Of a stretch of 64,000 bases of DNA, positions 40,615 to 52,770 are shown one piece after another (the first letter of the stretch is position 1; each line of letters starts with the position of its first letter). The notes beneath the pieces were generated by a model that did no database searches, was not told where the DNA came from, and was given only the letters and a program-made list of their open reading frames with translations. The stretch comes from Naegleria gruberi (lineage: Eukaryota): assembly GCA_000004985.1 (NCBI GenBank), contig GG738922.1. One strand, written 5' to 3'. Made by a program: the position numbers and the translations under genes.

Positions 40615-43218
40615 TTACATAATGGTTTGCCTAGTTGCCTTCTTCTTCTTGATTGATTTTACTCTTTCAGCGAAGCTCAATGCATGAACTGTTTCTGCAC
40701 CAAATCGTTCTTGAGGAGATACAGTAACAATGATCAAAATCTTACTATCACCAGAAAGTGAGTCTTTCAGAACATGAGTTAACCTAGAATTTCTAAATGG
40801 AACATGCTTTTGTTTTGATGCCAAGGCTACTATTACATCTTCAAGAGCTGATAAACTCTTATTAACGAATGAAGTTTCAGTCAATTGATCTCCAGCTACC
40901 CCACTCATTTCCACATTTTCACTTCCTGCTAAATCTACAAATCTCAACACAGATTTAGTGTTCACTTGTTGAGGTGAAAGAAGTTCATCAAAGAAGTCTT
41001 GTTGGTTATTGGTTTTCATTCCCAATAATTCTTCAAAGAGTTGACTTGCATTCTCCTTCTTTTTCGGTATAACTCGCTTTTCAATTTCCACCGAAATAAT
41101 GCAATGAGATCGACTACTATTTGAATTCATCAGAGTCTTGCTTTCAGTTCTCTTTACAATGCAGTCCTTAATTATTTGCCTCAATTGTTCCTCACTTTCT
41201 ACCTTTACATAGTTCAAATCGTTTGATGATTTGTACTCTTTCTCTGGATTGATAAGGTCTCTCAATTCATTATTGTAAACTTCTGCAATACTCAATCTTA
41301 AATTAGCATTATAGTAACATTGGTTCACTTCCATTATTCGATAAAGCTCTGTAATAGATCTTGGTACAATTCCAGGCTCAACCAATGAACCATTCATTGT
41401 AAATGTTTTCCCTGAACCTGTTTCACCAAAAACCATTAAACACGTATTGAATCCATCAAAAGCCGAGCTTACTAATGGTCTTATATCGGAAAAGATACCA
41501 TCCTGGGTGCTCTCCATTCCATAGACTTGATCCAACTCGAAGGATCTATTTCTTCCCATCCTAGATATTGCCACCACTGAATCTGTGGTCTTTTCTTGAG
41601 AAATACAACTTTTCACACGGTATGAATTGTGAGCCATGTTTTTTTCTGATTCCAGAACCCACATTGGTCTAATTCTACAACACACTCTGAGATTTCCTCG
41701 TTCTTCTATTAATTGATTTTGTAATAACTTTCTTACTTGTTGCTCATGCACATATAGAGTATTCAGTTGAGCAAATCTATCCTCTTGGAATTGAATCTTT
41801 TTCTGGAAAAAGTTTGTCACTGTTGGAATGTCAAGTTTTTCAGCTGTTTTCCGTATGATTATTGTTGACAACTTTTGAAGCATGTCACTTGGGATTAAAT
41901 TCATAACATGAGTTTTCATCAACTCCAAATCACTTTTAGTGGATCGACAAACTTCAAGAGCATTCTTTGAGAATGACAGTAAATCGAGATTTGAATTTAC
42001 AACCTGACAAGCATCAGTTTGCACAAACACCTGACTAAATTCTTTTGCTTCTGGTTTTTCTATCACAATTGACTCTATTATTGATACATCATTTGTCGAT
42101 TCTGCTACCTCTTTGCGAAGTTGTTTCTTCTCGTTTTCCAACTCTTTAATTCTCAATTGATAATCCTCCAATTTTTGATTGTGTTGTTTGGTGAGATTTT
42201 TCACAAAATTTTGATAATAATTCTTCAATTCGGATTGTTTAGACATGGACTTTTCCATGCTGTTTTGAAAATCTTCCAATTTCTGATTTGCTGTTAAAAG
42301 GGCAGCTGTTAAAACTGAAATTCTTTCCTGCAATTCATTCACAGAAACTGAAGGACTTGAAGAGAGGGAGCCATGTTCTGAGAGATTTGGTGAATCGAGT
42401 TCATCATTTTCTGTCGATTGATTACTATTATAACTTTGTTCATTATTGGATGATGAGTTTTTAATGCTCTGTGTCAACAAACTTGCTCCATTATTGGTGT
42501 TGTTGTTAGTAGTATAGTTACTAAGGGAAGACGAGTTCATATTAGTGCTTGTAGATAGTCTCCTTCCTGTTATTGTTGTTGGTGACAATACTTCTCCACT
42601 TGTTAGAGTGGTTGGAGAATTTGAATCAGAGTTTATGCCACTATTACCATTGTTATTATAATTTTGAAGTAGTTGGTTTAGACCTGATAACTTGTCCGTC
42701 AAGCTATTCCTATGTATTTTGTATCTGAATTTAGAACCGTCCTTAGATTCAATATCAATATGGTCGTTTTGTATATTTCCTCTCCTATCAAAAGTAATTC
42801 GTTGTTCTCCTCCTCCTGAAAAGCTATTAGAACGATGTGGTGATAATCCTCTTTCTTGTTCCGATTTAATTTTCCCTAATTGTGATAAACCTGGTGAGGA
42901 TGATGTTCTAGCAAAACCCGATTGTTGTTGTTGTTGATTAGTGTTAATCTTCAATGAATTGTGTCGATGAGAGTAATTTTCACTTTTTAAACTTCCTCCA
43001 CTCGTATTGCTACTTGATGTATTAAGGCTTGAATTTGTGCTAGAAACTGTCCTCAAACTTGATAATTCTTCATCGTCATCTACATCAGTAAATGTATTTC
43101 TATTTGAATTATTATTATTATTGTTATTGGTATTACCAGAAATCATGACATTATTTGTTGCTTGATGAGGTTTATTCGGAAGACTCTGCCGATTCAATTC
43201 AAGCAAGCTCCTTCTCAT
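40615..43218 (-). CDS. kinesin-14 (C-terminal motor) family kinesin
   Basis: N-terminal low-complexity region plus coiled coil. The C-terminal motor has GNLRVCCRIRP, the P-loop FGETGSGKTFTM, switch II VDLAGSE, and SSRSHCI. Confidence 0.85.
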   Translation of the reverse strand: MRRSLLELNRQSLPNKPHQATNNVMISGNTNNNNNNNSNRNTFTDVDDDEELSSLRTVSSTNSSLNTSSSNTSGGSLKSENYSHRHNSLKINTNQQQQQSGFARTSSSPGLSQLGKIKSEQERGLSPHRSNSFSGGGEQRITFDRRGNIQNDHIDIESKDGSKFRYKIHRNSLTDKLSGLNQLLQNYNNNGNSGINSDSNSPTTLTSGEVLSPTTITGRRLSTSTNMNSSSLSNYTTNNNTNNGASLLTQSIKNSSSNNEQSYNSNQSTENDELDSPNLSEHGSLSSSPSVSVNELQERISVLTAALLTANQKLEDFQNSMEKSMSKQSELKNYYQNFVKNLTKQHNQKLEDYQLRIKELENEKKQLRKEVAESTNDVSIIESIVIEKPEAKEFSQVFVQTDACQVVNSNLDLLSFSKNALEVCRSTKSDLELMKTHVMNLIPSDMLQKLSTIIIRKTAEKLDIPTVTNFFQKKIQFQEDRFAQLNTLYVHEQQVRKLLQNQLIEERGNLRVCCRIRPMWVLESEKNMAHNSYRVKSCISQEKTTDSVVAISRMGRNRSFELDQVYGMESTQDGIFSDIRPLVSSAFDGFNTCLMVFGETGSGKTFTMNGSLVEPGIVPRSITELYRIMEVNQCYYNANLRLSIAEVYNNELRDLINPEKEYKSSNDLNYVKVESEEQLRQIIKDCIVKRTESKTLMNSNSSRSHCIISVEIEKRVIPKKKENASQLFEELLGMKTNNQQDFFDELLSPQQVNTKSVLRFVDLAGSENVEMSGVAGDQLTETSFVNKSLSALEDVIVALASKQKHVPFRNSRLTHVLKDSLSGDSKILIIVTVSPQERFGAETVHALSFAERVKSIKKKKATRQTIM

Positions 43219-43419
43219 CCTTTATAAACAAAGATTGTGTGATTGGCTTTGTTTTGATAATAAATCCAAATTCAAAGCACAGAAATCTTTCTTGGATGCA
43301 AACAGTAAATGCCGATAGTACTGCGTTTGTGTAACTGTTTTTTATATCTTTTTACAGGCGCCAAAATCTTTACTTAGTTGCATGAGGAAGAAAACATCAG
43401 CAAGGTAAGGTCAAAAAAA

Positions 43420-43492
43420 TAAAAGAACCCTCCCCCTGGTGGGCTCGAACCACCGACCTGCAGATTAACAGTCTGACGCTCTACCGACTGAG
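43420..43492 (-). tRNA. tRNA-Asn (anticodon GTT)
   Basis: The reverse complement reads TCCCCCTTAGCTCAGTCGGTAGAGCGTCAGACTGTTAATCTGCAGGTCGGTGGTTCGAGCCCACCAGGGGGAG. The acceptor stem is TCCCCCT/AGGGGGA. The anticodon loop CTGTTAA and T-arm GGTGGTTCGAGCCCACC match eukaryotic tRNA-Asn. T-runs lie downstream. Confidence 0.85.
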
Positions 43493-43767
43493 CTAAGGGG
43501 GAATACATGAAATAGAAAAATAATCTTTATACAAATCATAAATCTAACATAGGTCACTGCCATGCTTAACGTGTTTCTTTATTACTTGAAAGGAGAAATT
43601 ATTATTGCTTTTACTTACATATTACAATTTCTGTTTCCATTTGTTGTAAAATCAATCCACTTATTTTACATTTGCATCACGTTTGTTTTTGTGTGCAAAC
43701 ACGTTTGTTGCAACAAAAAATATAAATAAACTAAGCAAAAAATAGTAGAAAATGTATTTAAATCTAG

Positions 43768-44829
43768 TTGGTAAAGGTATTTACTCTCCACAACAAAAAA
43801 AACAAAATAACAATACAAATGACCAGACAATTGACTCATGGAAGACATCCAGTCCATGGAACTGAAGTCCCATACAGCAAATATGCCTCAATCTTTTTCA
43901 GCATGATCACTCAATACATCCCTCTTGCAACTAAGATTGCATTGAGCCATTTTAATGTTAACATTCTTCTTCAAATCTTGATCTTACCACCAGTCTATCT
44001 TATTTTTGGTGGAAGATGGACTCTATGCTATCACAATTTTCTTCATCAAGAAACATCATTGAATCCAATTGTTGACCTCTTGCTCGGAGTTGGTTTAGGT
44101 CACTTTTTAACATTCATGCCAGCAAAGCATGGCCATATTAAACATCATCATTTCAACTATGGCGAAGGTAGTAGAAAGTACTCTATGGACACCACACAAG
44201 ATTACTTGGCACCAGCTGATATTCTCTACAGACATAAGCAAATCCAATATAGAGATCCTGATTATTGGTTTAAATCATCTCCAAATCGTTGGGTATTATT
44301 CATGAGATGTTCTGTGTTTGATTTTCATTATATCAGCTTTTATTTGAAGAAGAAGAGAGACATGAAGTGGAAGTATGCTCCAATGTACTTTGCTCGATTG
44401 GTATTGCTCTTGGCTCCATTCTTGCTAATGAATCCTATTGATTATTTAATTCATTTGGTAATGTGTAGACTTGTCATGACTGTAATCTTTATGGTTTTCA
44501 CAACATTAGCTCATGAAGAAGGATGGTTCGATTCAATGGTCGATAAGTATTATCCTTTCCAAAAATATGTGGATATTAATCTTGTTCTTGAAATTTTGAT
44601 TGGATATCACGTTCATCATGTCAATGAGCATGACAATCATCATATCTTCCCAAAGAGAGATATCAGCATGTTGGAACAAGTTAGTATCCCAAGAAGAATG
44701 GTCAACTTTTTTGCAAATTGTTTCTCCAAGTTTGTCAATTATTCATTCTCCAAATTAATGAACAGAAAGTCATCCTCCACAAAGTATTCAACCATTTCCC
44801 AACCAGTCATTATTCTCGAAGAAGTGTAA
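43768..44829 (+). CDS. membrane di-iron fatty-acid desaturase/hydroxylase-superfamily protein (His-box)
   Basis: His boxes HGHIKHHH, HVHHVNEHDNHH and HEEGW within a multi-helix hydrophobic protein. The probable start is MTRQLTHG at about 43819. Confidence 0.5.
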   Translation: MVKVFTLHNKKNKITIQMTRQLTHGRHPVHGTEVPYSKYASIFFSMITQYIPLATKIALSHFNVNILLQILILPPVYLIFGGRWTLCYHNFLHQETSLNPIVDLLLGVGLGHFLTFMPAKHGHIKHHHFNYGEGSRKYSMDTTQDYLAPADILYRHKQIQYRDPDYWFKSSPNRWVLFMRCSVFDFHYISFYLKKKRDMKWKYAPMYFARLVLLLAPFLLMNPIDYLIHLVMCRLVMTVIFMVFTTLAHEEGWFDSMVDKYYPFQKYVDINLVLEILIGYHVHHVNEHDNHHIFPKRDISMLEQVSIPRRMVNFFANCFSKFVNYSFSKLMNRKSSSTKYSTISQPVIILEEV

Positions 44830-45100
44830 AGTCACTAAACATAGCCACAATTTTTTTGTAAATTTTCACTCAACATTAAGTTATTAAAAATACCTATTTC
44901 TACTATTAACAAGTTAAATCGTCTTGTAAAACTGCAGAAATTCAATAATGTTGAAATAAATCCAATATGTTCTTAATGAGGGTGATTTTGTTTCTCCAAC
45001 TGAAACCTCTCAACCTCTACAATTATTATTGGAAATGAATTGGTGATCCACAAGCTGTGAAGGAGATTCTTCAATTTGTTCTGATTAACAAATTGTAAAA

Positions 45101-46174
45101 TTAAAAGTTATAGTATTGTCTGTGACGACTAATGATTTGAATTTGATAAAGTTTTGGTAAATTTGTGGCATTCAAACATTTGACATTATCAAAAGATAGA
45201 TTATTATCCCTCAAGTCCAATACTTCCATAGAGGAGAGTTTGGTCAAATATTGAACTGCTTCTGGTTGGAATACATTATTTTCCAATGTTAAAGTTTTCA
45301 AGTTGGTCAACTCTCCAATTATTTTGACTCCTTCATTGTCGATGCTATTTTGACCAAGATTAAGTGAAGTCAACTTGATTAGGTTTGTAATATTTTTGAT
45401 AGACTCTACTGAGCAGCTAGCGGCCTTCAAGCTAGTCAGATTTTTAAGTTTACAAATATTTACAAAACCATCATCCTCAATTCTATTCTTACTAACATTC
45501 AATATTGTAAGAGTTTCAATTTGGGAAAGATGTTCCACACCCTTTTCACTTATATTACAATCCTCTAATCGTAAAATTGTTAAATTCTTCAATTTGGTCA
45601 AGTAGAGACACGACTCATTTCCAATCTTATTATCAGAAAGATTCAAATTTTTGATCAATTCACACTTTTGAATGTACTGACAAGACTCACTAGTTACAGA
45701 ACTTGCATTCAAATTCAAATAGGTCAATCGTGACAAATTTCCTATCGAATTTCCTATTTCGGCACCCATACCAATCAATGACAAACTTTCTAAACTCCCA
45801 AAACGTGCTACAACATTGGATACCTCCAAACCAATCAAATTCAATCTCTTCAAACTATCAAATTGACATTCATCCAAATATTTAACAAATTCTTCAAAAG
45901 AATATGGGCAATCCGATACAAATTCATTCACACATTTCAATCTCTCACTTTTACAACATTTAGCAAAACTTTCTTCATCATAAAATCTCGGAATTTTCAC
46001 GTTCAATTTACAATTCACTGAACATTTGTAAAATTGCTTGCAAACCAAAGAGCAAACAGAAATTATAAATTCAAAATTTAAATATTTGGAAAATATTTCA
46101 TCACCAATAATTTCGGAAGGTAATTTTAAAATGTTGGCGGCGGCGTGATGATCGTTGCTTCTTAATGATGACAT
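45101..46174 (-). CDS. F-box-like/LRR protein
   Basis: N-terminal LPSEIIGDEIFSKYL...VCKQFYK F-box-like segment. C-terminal LRRs of the LNLSDNKIGNESCLYLTKLKNLTIL type. Confidence 0.6.
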   Translation of the reverse strand: MSSLRSNDHHAAANILKLPSEIIGDEIFSKYLNFEFIISVCSLVCKQFYKCSVNCKLNVKIPRFYDEESFAKCCKSERLKCVNEFVSDCPYSFEEFVKYLDECQFDSLKRLNLIGLEVSNVVARFGSLESLSLIGMGAEIGNSIGNLSRLTYLNLNASSVTSESCQYIQKCELIKNLNLSDNKIGNESCLYLTKLKNLTILRLEDCNISEKGVEHLSQIETLTILNVSKNRIEDDGFVNICKLKNLTSLKAASCSVESIKNITNLIKLTSLNLGQNSIDNEGVKIIGELTNLKTLTLENNVFQPEAVQYLTKLSSMEVLDLRDNNLSFDNVKCLNATNLPKLYQIQIISRHRQYYNF

Positions 46175-47111
46175 TTTTTTTTATTGTAAATTTTAATATC
46201 ATAGTTGGGAGAATTTCACAAAAAACGAATAAACAATAGATCTTTGCATAATAAAACGAGAGTGTGTGTTTCATCAGAAATTTGAAAATTCATAACATTT
46301 TGAGTGAATTGGAAGAACTTCTAATGAACAATTTCAAGTTATGCAACTCCTTAAATGAGAAAACTGTCATTCCTCGCTAAGGATATTACTCATCTCATCG
46401 ACTGATTTTGATTGTTGTAGAGAACAGTATTGCCTACAGCAATTCGATGTGGAAAGTATATGATACTCTGCCAGAGCGATTTAGCATGGGACTGCAGAGT
46501 AGCTGTATTTGAGCGAAGGTTGCACCTCGGCAAGAAAAATGGATCAAATTGAAGAAAACAGGACTTTATGGCATTCCAACAAGTAGATTAGTTATTAATT
46601 CTTAATACAGGATTTTATGTAGTTGAATTTCACCAATTTTCACTCCGTATACAATTTCTTGAAACCCAAGAATTTCTCAACATATAATATCCATTTCACT
46701 CTGATTCATAAGCGCCTAATTTTCATTCAATACTTGCTCAATTCTTCCTTCATTCAATAACCCCTAAAACTTCGACACAGGTCAACTGTTTTCGCAATTA
46801 TTAAACTCACAAATTATTTACAATTTTTAGAAAGCATAAAAAATAGCGCGCACGCATAAGCTAATGGCGGGTTCCATTTTTTTACCCAAGTCGACTTGAG
46901 AGCAAGGAAGCAAAAACAGATGATCCTTCTCTCTGCTCACAAATAAAGGTGAATAATACCGAAGACATGTCTACCAGCTACATAGTATTTAAAGTTGTTG
47001 ATGTTCTTCTTCTCTTTCGTAGAATTAAAAAAAAATAGCAAGACGATTCGCTGTCGATTATTAAGATTAATATCAATATAAATTATTATAGTATTCCGAG
47101 AGAAAGATAAA

Positions 47112-49218
47112 ATGGTAAAATTTAGAAAGCAGAAGAAGGAAAATCCAGCCGAGTTCAAAGATGATAGAGAACCAAATATTAGATTCCCAATCTTGTTGAT
47201 GATTAAGATTGTGGGATGGGAAATGATTTGGATTATAATAGGAATGGTTGGATATGCTTGCTTTGGAGCAATGCCTCATATCTTTAACATTTTGTAAGTC
47301 ATTATTTTTCTGAATAGAAAATTGACATTTCCAAATTTGTAAATTGATAACAGGATGGGTGAATTAATTAATATTGTCGTTGGTGCAGATGTCACTGGTA
47401 TAGAAAACAAAATTAACAATTTGGCCATGTGGATGGCGATAATAGCAGCCATTGCAGCAATTTTAACGTGGATTGGAGGATCAATGATGGCTTATTCATT
47501 CGAAAGAATTGGTATCCGTTTAAAGAATGCCTATATTGAGAGTTTGATGAAGCAAGAAATTGGCTACTTTGACATGAAGAGAACTGGTGAATTAATGTCG
47601 TGGATGACTGAGTCTATGGAACAAATCCAAGACAGTTTCAGTAACAAATTGGGAAGAGCTACTCAATTCTTTGTTCAAGTAATTTTGGGAATTATTCTAG
47701 CACTTGTCTTTTCATGGAAGATGGCTCTAGTAATGATTTCATTTGCCCCAGTTATCATTTTGATCATGTTCAGCTCTGGTTTGGCATCTCAGCTCATTAC
47801 CAAGAGAACTCTTAAAATTTCAAACCAAGCTTCTGCCATTGCCAATGAAGTCATAGGTTAGTAGAGACTCTTTTTAATTAATTTAACAAATTTTTTTAAT
47901 CAAAACTCCAGGAGCTGTTCGTACGGTTAGATCAATGGATTCAGAAAATAAGGAAATCAATAGATACAAGGAAAAATTGTGGAGTGGTAATTTGTTGTAC
48001 GTGCTTAGAGCTATTATTTTGGGTGCACCAATTGGAGCTCAAGAAATCAGTATTTGGGGTGTCCTTGCATTGGGTATGTGGTGGGGAGGTCAGTTATTGG
48101 TCAAGTCAGAAATTGCCTTTGCCAACATGTTCAGAGTTTTTACCTTATTGTTAATGTCAGTCTTGGGTAGTTCTCAAATTATGGCTGTAATTCCAGATTT
48201 GACACGTGCCATCCAATCATCAAAGAACTTGCTCAAAGTTATTCGTAGAATTCCAGCCACGAGATTTGATGGTGGAATTACTCCTGATAGAATTATTGGT
48301 GAAATTGAATTTAAGGATGTTTCCTTCTCCTACCCAACCAGACCAAATATTCAAGTATTGAAGAACTTTTCACTCACTATCAAACCTGGTCAAGCCATCG
48401 CTTTGGTTGGTAGTTCAGGCTCTGGTAAATCAACAATTATTAGTTTATTGGAAAGATTCTATGAACCACTCAGTGGTAAAGTTATTTTGGATGGAAATGA
48501 GCTTTCAGAAATTGATCCTCATTGGCTCAGAACTCATGTTGGTCTAGTTGGTCAAGAACCTGTTTTGGTATGTTTTTTTAATAGTATTTTTATTAATTTT
48601 TCTCTCTAGTTCTCTGGAACAATTAAGGAAAATATATGTTATTCCATTAGAAAAACATCCAATGATCCATTCCCAAGTGAGGAAGAAATTATCAATGCTG
48701 CCAAGGCTGCTAATGCTCATGACTTTATTTCTGCACTTCCTGATGGATATAATACAGTTTTGGGTGAACGTGGTGTTTCTCTTTCAGGTGGTCAAAAACA
48801 ACGTATTGCTATTGCTAGATCAGTGATTCAAAATCCTGAAATTCTATTACTCGATGAAGCTACCTCTGCTCTCGATACCAATTCTGAAGCAGTCGTTCAA
48901 GATGCTCTGAACAAACTCATGAAGGGAAGAACTACTATTGTCATTGCTCACAGATTATCAACCATTGTAAATTCTGATTTAATTTGTGTATTCCATAAGG
49001 GTGAATTGAAGGAACAAGGTACACACGATCAATTGATGAATTCTGGTGGTCTTTATGCTGAATTGGCAAGAAAGCAAATGATGAAGAAGCAAGACAGTAG
49101 TGAAGAATTGACCAAGGTTGCAGAAGATGAAATTGCACTTGAAACCCCTTACAAATCACAAGCTACTTTTGAAACAGTCGAGTCCAAGGAATCACTCACT
49201 TCCAATTCTGATGAATAA
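47112..49218 (+). CDS. ABC transporter, ABCB-type half transporter (TMD-NBD; 4 exons)
   Basis: Exons are 47112..47293, 47354..47856, 47912..48567 and 48610..49218. Summed length is 1950 nt, which is in frame, and the introns have GTAAGT/GTTAGT/GTATGT donors. Walker [11 protein letters not shown]-loop, signature LSGGQKQR, Walker [13 protein letters not shown], and H-loop IAHRL. Confidence 0.85.
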
Positions 49219-49385
49219 ATAATATTAAACATTGTAAATTCACTTTGTAAATTCTTTCAATTTCCAAGTTGACCCATTTTCCCTTTTTCCCGTGAATTCA
49301 CCCGTATTAATTTAAAAATACAATTCTAATTTTAAAACACCACTAACAAAAAAAAACAACAACAACATTTCACTGTAATAATAAC

Positions 49386-50000
49386 ATGTCCAGCGCCAGA
49401 GCAGGTAAAGTGAGAAGATCAACTCCATTCATTCCAAGTAAACACATCACTCTGCCAGAAGTTAACCGACGACAAAAAGTGCTTCCTCCCAACGAATATA
49501 CAAGTCTATGTACAAAATTGTATGATAATCAGTTGAATAGAAAGAAGGAGAAGAATGGAAGATCAAAGATGAGAAGTCAATTTAACAAGTATTCAACAGA
49601 GCAACAGCAACAGCAACAGGATGAAGTAATTTCGTATGGTGGTAATGATTGGGAATTTTCTGAAGCTTCATTCTATTCATTGGCATATCCTAGGATTCAG
49701 GAAGAAAGTGATTATACTATTTATAGAGCTCCACTGGTGGGAAGTAGTGTCAATTCAATGCAGAGACAGTTTTTCAATGCCCAATCGAGCAAGTTGAGAA
49801 GATTGAGAACTGATGCCAATAGAAAGAAGAGAAGATTAGAAAGAAGAGGAAGAAAGTTGTTTACCAGAAAGCTCAGAACTTTGAGATCTGCCCCTCCATT
49901 GTTTACTGCACCAAAACCAAATGCTTCAATTTTGGGAAATAATAGAATGGCCAGTGTTACCTCTATGGGATTATATTATTCATCTGGAAGAGTGCACTGA
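49386..50000 (+). CDS. hypothetical basic protein
   Basis: 204-aa ORF with R/K-rich stretches (RKKRRLERRGRK). Confidence 0.3.
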   Translation: MSSARAGKVRRSTPFIPSKHITLPEVNRRQKVLPPNEYTSLCTKLYDNQLNRKKEKNGRSKMRSQFNKYSTEQQQQQQDEVISYGGNDWEFSEASFYSLAYPRIQEESDYTIYRAPLVGSSVNSMQRQFFNAQSSKLRRLRTDANRKKRRLERRGRKLFTRKLRTLRSAPPLFTAPKPNASILGNNRMASVTSMGLYYSSGRVH

Positions 50001-50758
50001 GCTTGCATTTTCTATTTTAAATTGTTAATGTGTGCAATTGAAATCATAATTAACAATTTTGGTGTGGTTGAGGATAGTTGAGGAGATTATTTGTAATCTT
50101 TGAGAAGAATATCAGTTGTGATGTTTTGATTCTGATTGGTATTCGAAAGTGAATGATTTTCATTCATCTTTGCAATTCAACTTCCAATGCCTTTTAATAT
50201 TTTACAGTACGAATATAAAGTTATTGAAATTTTTAGTGTTACGTATGCAACGAAACTGTTATGCTGAAAATTTCACAAGTCGATCGCCCAACAAGCAAAC
50301 TTGATTGCGTAATTGACTCCACATCAAAGAAAGAATAGTTTATTGGTCAGTTTTAAGTACATTAATTGTAAAGATTTAGATCAATATGAAAATGTAAAAT
50401 TTATTGCCAATTGTAATTGTGATGATAAATATAGAGCTTGACTTTGGAAGTACTGATCAATTAAGCGAAATAGGTGTTTCAATTTATTGAATCATGTCTT
50501 TAATTTCTAATTCAATAACTGTAGATGAGGACATTTTCTCTCATTTTGACGAGAAGAATGCAGAAATTCCAATTTTGGATGATTTGTAAAAATTTCTTAG
50601 CCATGTTGGTATTATTACCATTATTTTCTAAATTAGTTGGTTGGCTAATTTTGACAAGACACTTCCAGATGTAAACAAAAATAAATACAGTTTAGTCAGA
50701 TTTTACAAATTTATTATTTAAATGGGTAGAGAGTGTTAGTAGAATTATTGCAAAGTTA

Positions 50759-51991
50759 TTAAACTTGGTTTTGTACAGGTGTTTCTTCATCTTTTGGAGG
50801 TGATGGCGTACTTTCGTCTGTTGTTGAAGGACTGGCCAATTCTGCAACTGTACTCCTGGCATCATCCCTTGGACTGCCTTCAGATTCTTCAATTCTGTCC
50901 TTTCTATCAACGAGGGCAGCTGGTAGTATCTTTCTTGTGGCCATAATGATTTCTTCCTTTGTTTCTTTCAAATCCAATTCATCCAAAGGTCCATAAATAA
51001 ATGTCAAGGCAACAGCAAAGAAAAAGATGCTAATTCTCTGCAATGTAATACCAGCAATATAAATTTCATATTGAACCAATGTTAAGATGGCCATAATGAC
51101 AATACTACCAGTAATTCCTCCAAACACCAATTGTAATGCATTCAACAAATTCAATTGTCTGCATGCCTTTCTTCTTTGGAGTGGAACATTTTCTTGTTCA
51201 CCTCCTAATTTTCCAGTGAGTGAAACACCAACCACAATGTTAATAATTCCAAAGAAGAAGATCAAAAACCAATAGCCAAGAGCTAATACTGCATCAGCAT
51301 AGTAACGATTGTAACCAATACTGGAAGCTGTTGCAGCCTTTACACCTGGCATCAAAGAAGTCAAAGATGTGATCATGATAGTAGCAATGTGAAGAGGGGC
51401 AATAATTAAAAGTCCAATAGCACTAATGATAGCTGTCCATTTAACAAACTTGCCAAATCGTTGATTCCTAATGGCAATCTTCTTTGGGACGGTTTTCCCT
51501 AAACTTTCCTGTTGATTTTCAACAACTCTCATCCACCACTGTGACTTATCAAAGTAAACCTTATACAGAATCCTTGTAATTGTCAAGAAGCAAAAGACAC
51601 ATAGAATGACAGTCAGATTACCACATGAATATTGAATAGCAGCAAAAGGATCCATGCATTCCTTTTGATTACCTATCAGAACACAAACTGAATACATGAT
51701 ACCTGAAGTTATTGATAAAATTTGTAAACATGACATGAGCACCACTAGTCCATAAAGACATCTCTTGATGAAAACCATTGTTCTCCATCTAATAATTAAT
51801 AAAATAGCAACTACAAAACCTAGAACCAAAAAAGGAGGTAGAGTTATCGAGTAGACAACCAATGCACCTGTAAACCTGTTGATAATTTTGCTGTCATTAC
51901 TGTATGTCAATGCTTGATGAATTGTATACGTTGGGTCATCAATGATAGAGTAGAATGGATTGTCTTGACTATTCATTGCATAACTCTCCAT
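50759..51991 (-). CDS. multi-pass (approximately 7-8 TM) membrane protein, hypothetical
   Basis: 410-aa ORF with seven or more hydrophobic helices and an acidic S/T/P C-terminal tail. Confidence 0.4.
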   Translation of the reverse strand: MESYAMNSQDNPFYSIIDDPTYTIHQALTYSNDSKIINRFTGALVVYSITLPPFLVLGFVVAILLIIRWRTMVFIKRCLYGLVVLMSCLQILSITSGIMYSVCVLIGNQKECMDPFAAIQYSCGNLTVILCVFCFLTITRILYKVYFDKSQWWMRVVENQQESLGKTVPKKIAIRNQRFGKFVKWTAIISAIGLLIIAPLHIATIMITSLTSLMPGVKAATASSIGYNRYYADAVLALGYWFLIFFFGIINIVVGVSLTGKLGGEQENVPLQRRKACRQLNLLNALQLVFGGITGSIVIMAILTLVQYEIYIAGITLQRISIFFFAVALTFIYGPLDELDLKETKEEIIMATRKILPAALVDRKDRIEESEGSPRDDARSTVAELASPSTTDESTPSPPKDEETPVQNQV

Positions 51992-52770
51992 GATGTGTTG
52001 TTAGTATTATTATTATTGAATCTTGTTATGTAATTTTTTTAAACTTCCTCATTCAGAGAGACAAGACGGCTTACCAATGGTCCAACATTTCAGATGACAG
52101 TTGAATGCCGGCCATCTTAGTTGACATGTAGGGGGCTTGATTACCAGTTGAAAAGGAAACACAAAGGATTAGACTCGTAAAATAATTCAATGAGAAGGCA
52201 ACCTTAAAAGCAAGGCATGAACTAATCAATGCAACATGAAAAAGTCATGAAATACCATCTATCATATTTGTGAAGAAAAATTATCTTTGTTACATAATTC
52301 ATCTTCTAGTTGCTTCTTAGTAATACATGTATACTATTGTATTATAGTTTAAATAAATTTAATATTCGGGTGAAAAAAACAATGCAATTTTCCATCATCG
52401 GTCGATGATAACATGGAGATTAGGAAGTAGTGCAGCGCAGAGATAGTCTATCTCTTCTATTGGCTATCATCTCGAATTTCCCAAAGTAGAGAGTGGTACA
52501 GCTTTAAAACTTCATGAAGAAATTAGCAAGTTGATGACAAGATGCAAACTCTACGATTTTTTTTAAGATTTTGGCGGCAAATATTTTTATGATGAACTCC
52601 GAAGTTTTGTAGAAATATTGTAAATTGATTTTTTGGATAATTGGAAAGAAGATTTTACAAAGATATTGGGTACATGAATTTTTCTAGAATTTAATATTAA
52701 GGCTTTGAAAATATCCATTTTTGGTCTTGTCCAAATTTGAAGAACAAAGAAATTTTCTCCTTAAAAAAAA

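Noticed and set aside
52060-52500. GC-richer, non-coding patches (52070-52160 and 52380-52500) considered as possible snRNA or other ncRNA.
   Set aside because: I could not recognise any known snRNA, SRP or RNase P consensus or stable stem pattern by eye, so it is left unannotated.
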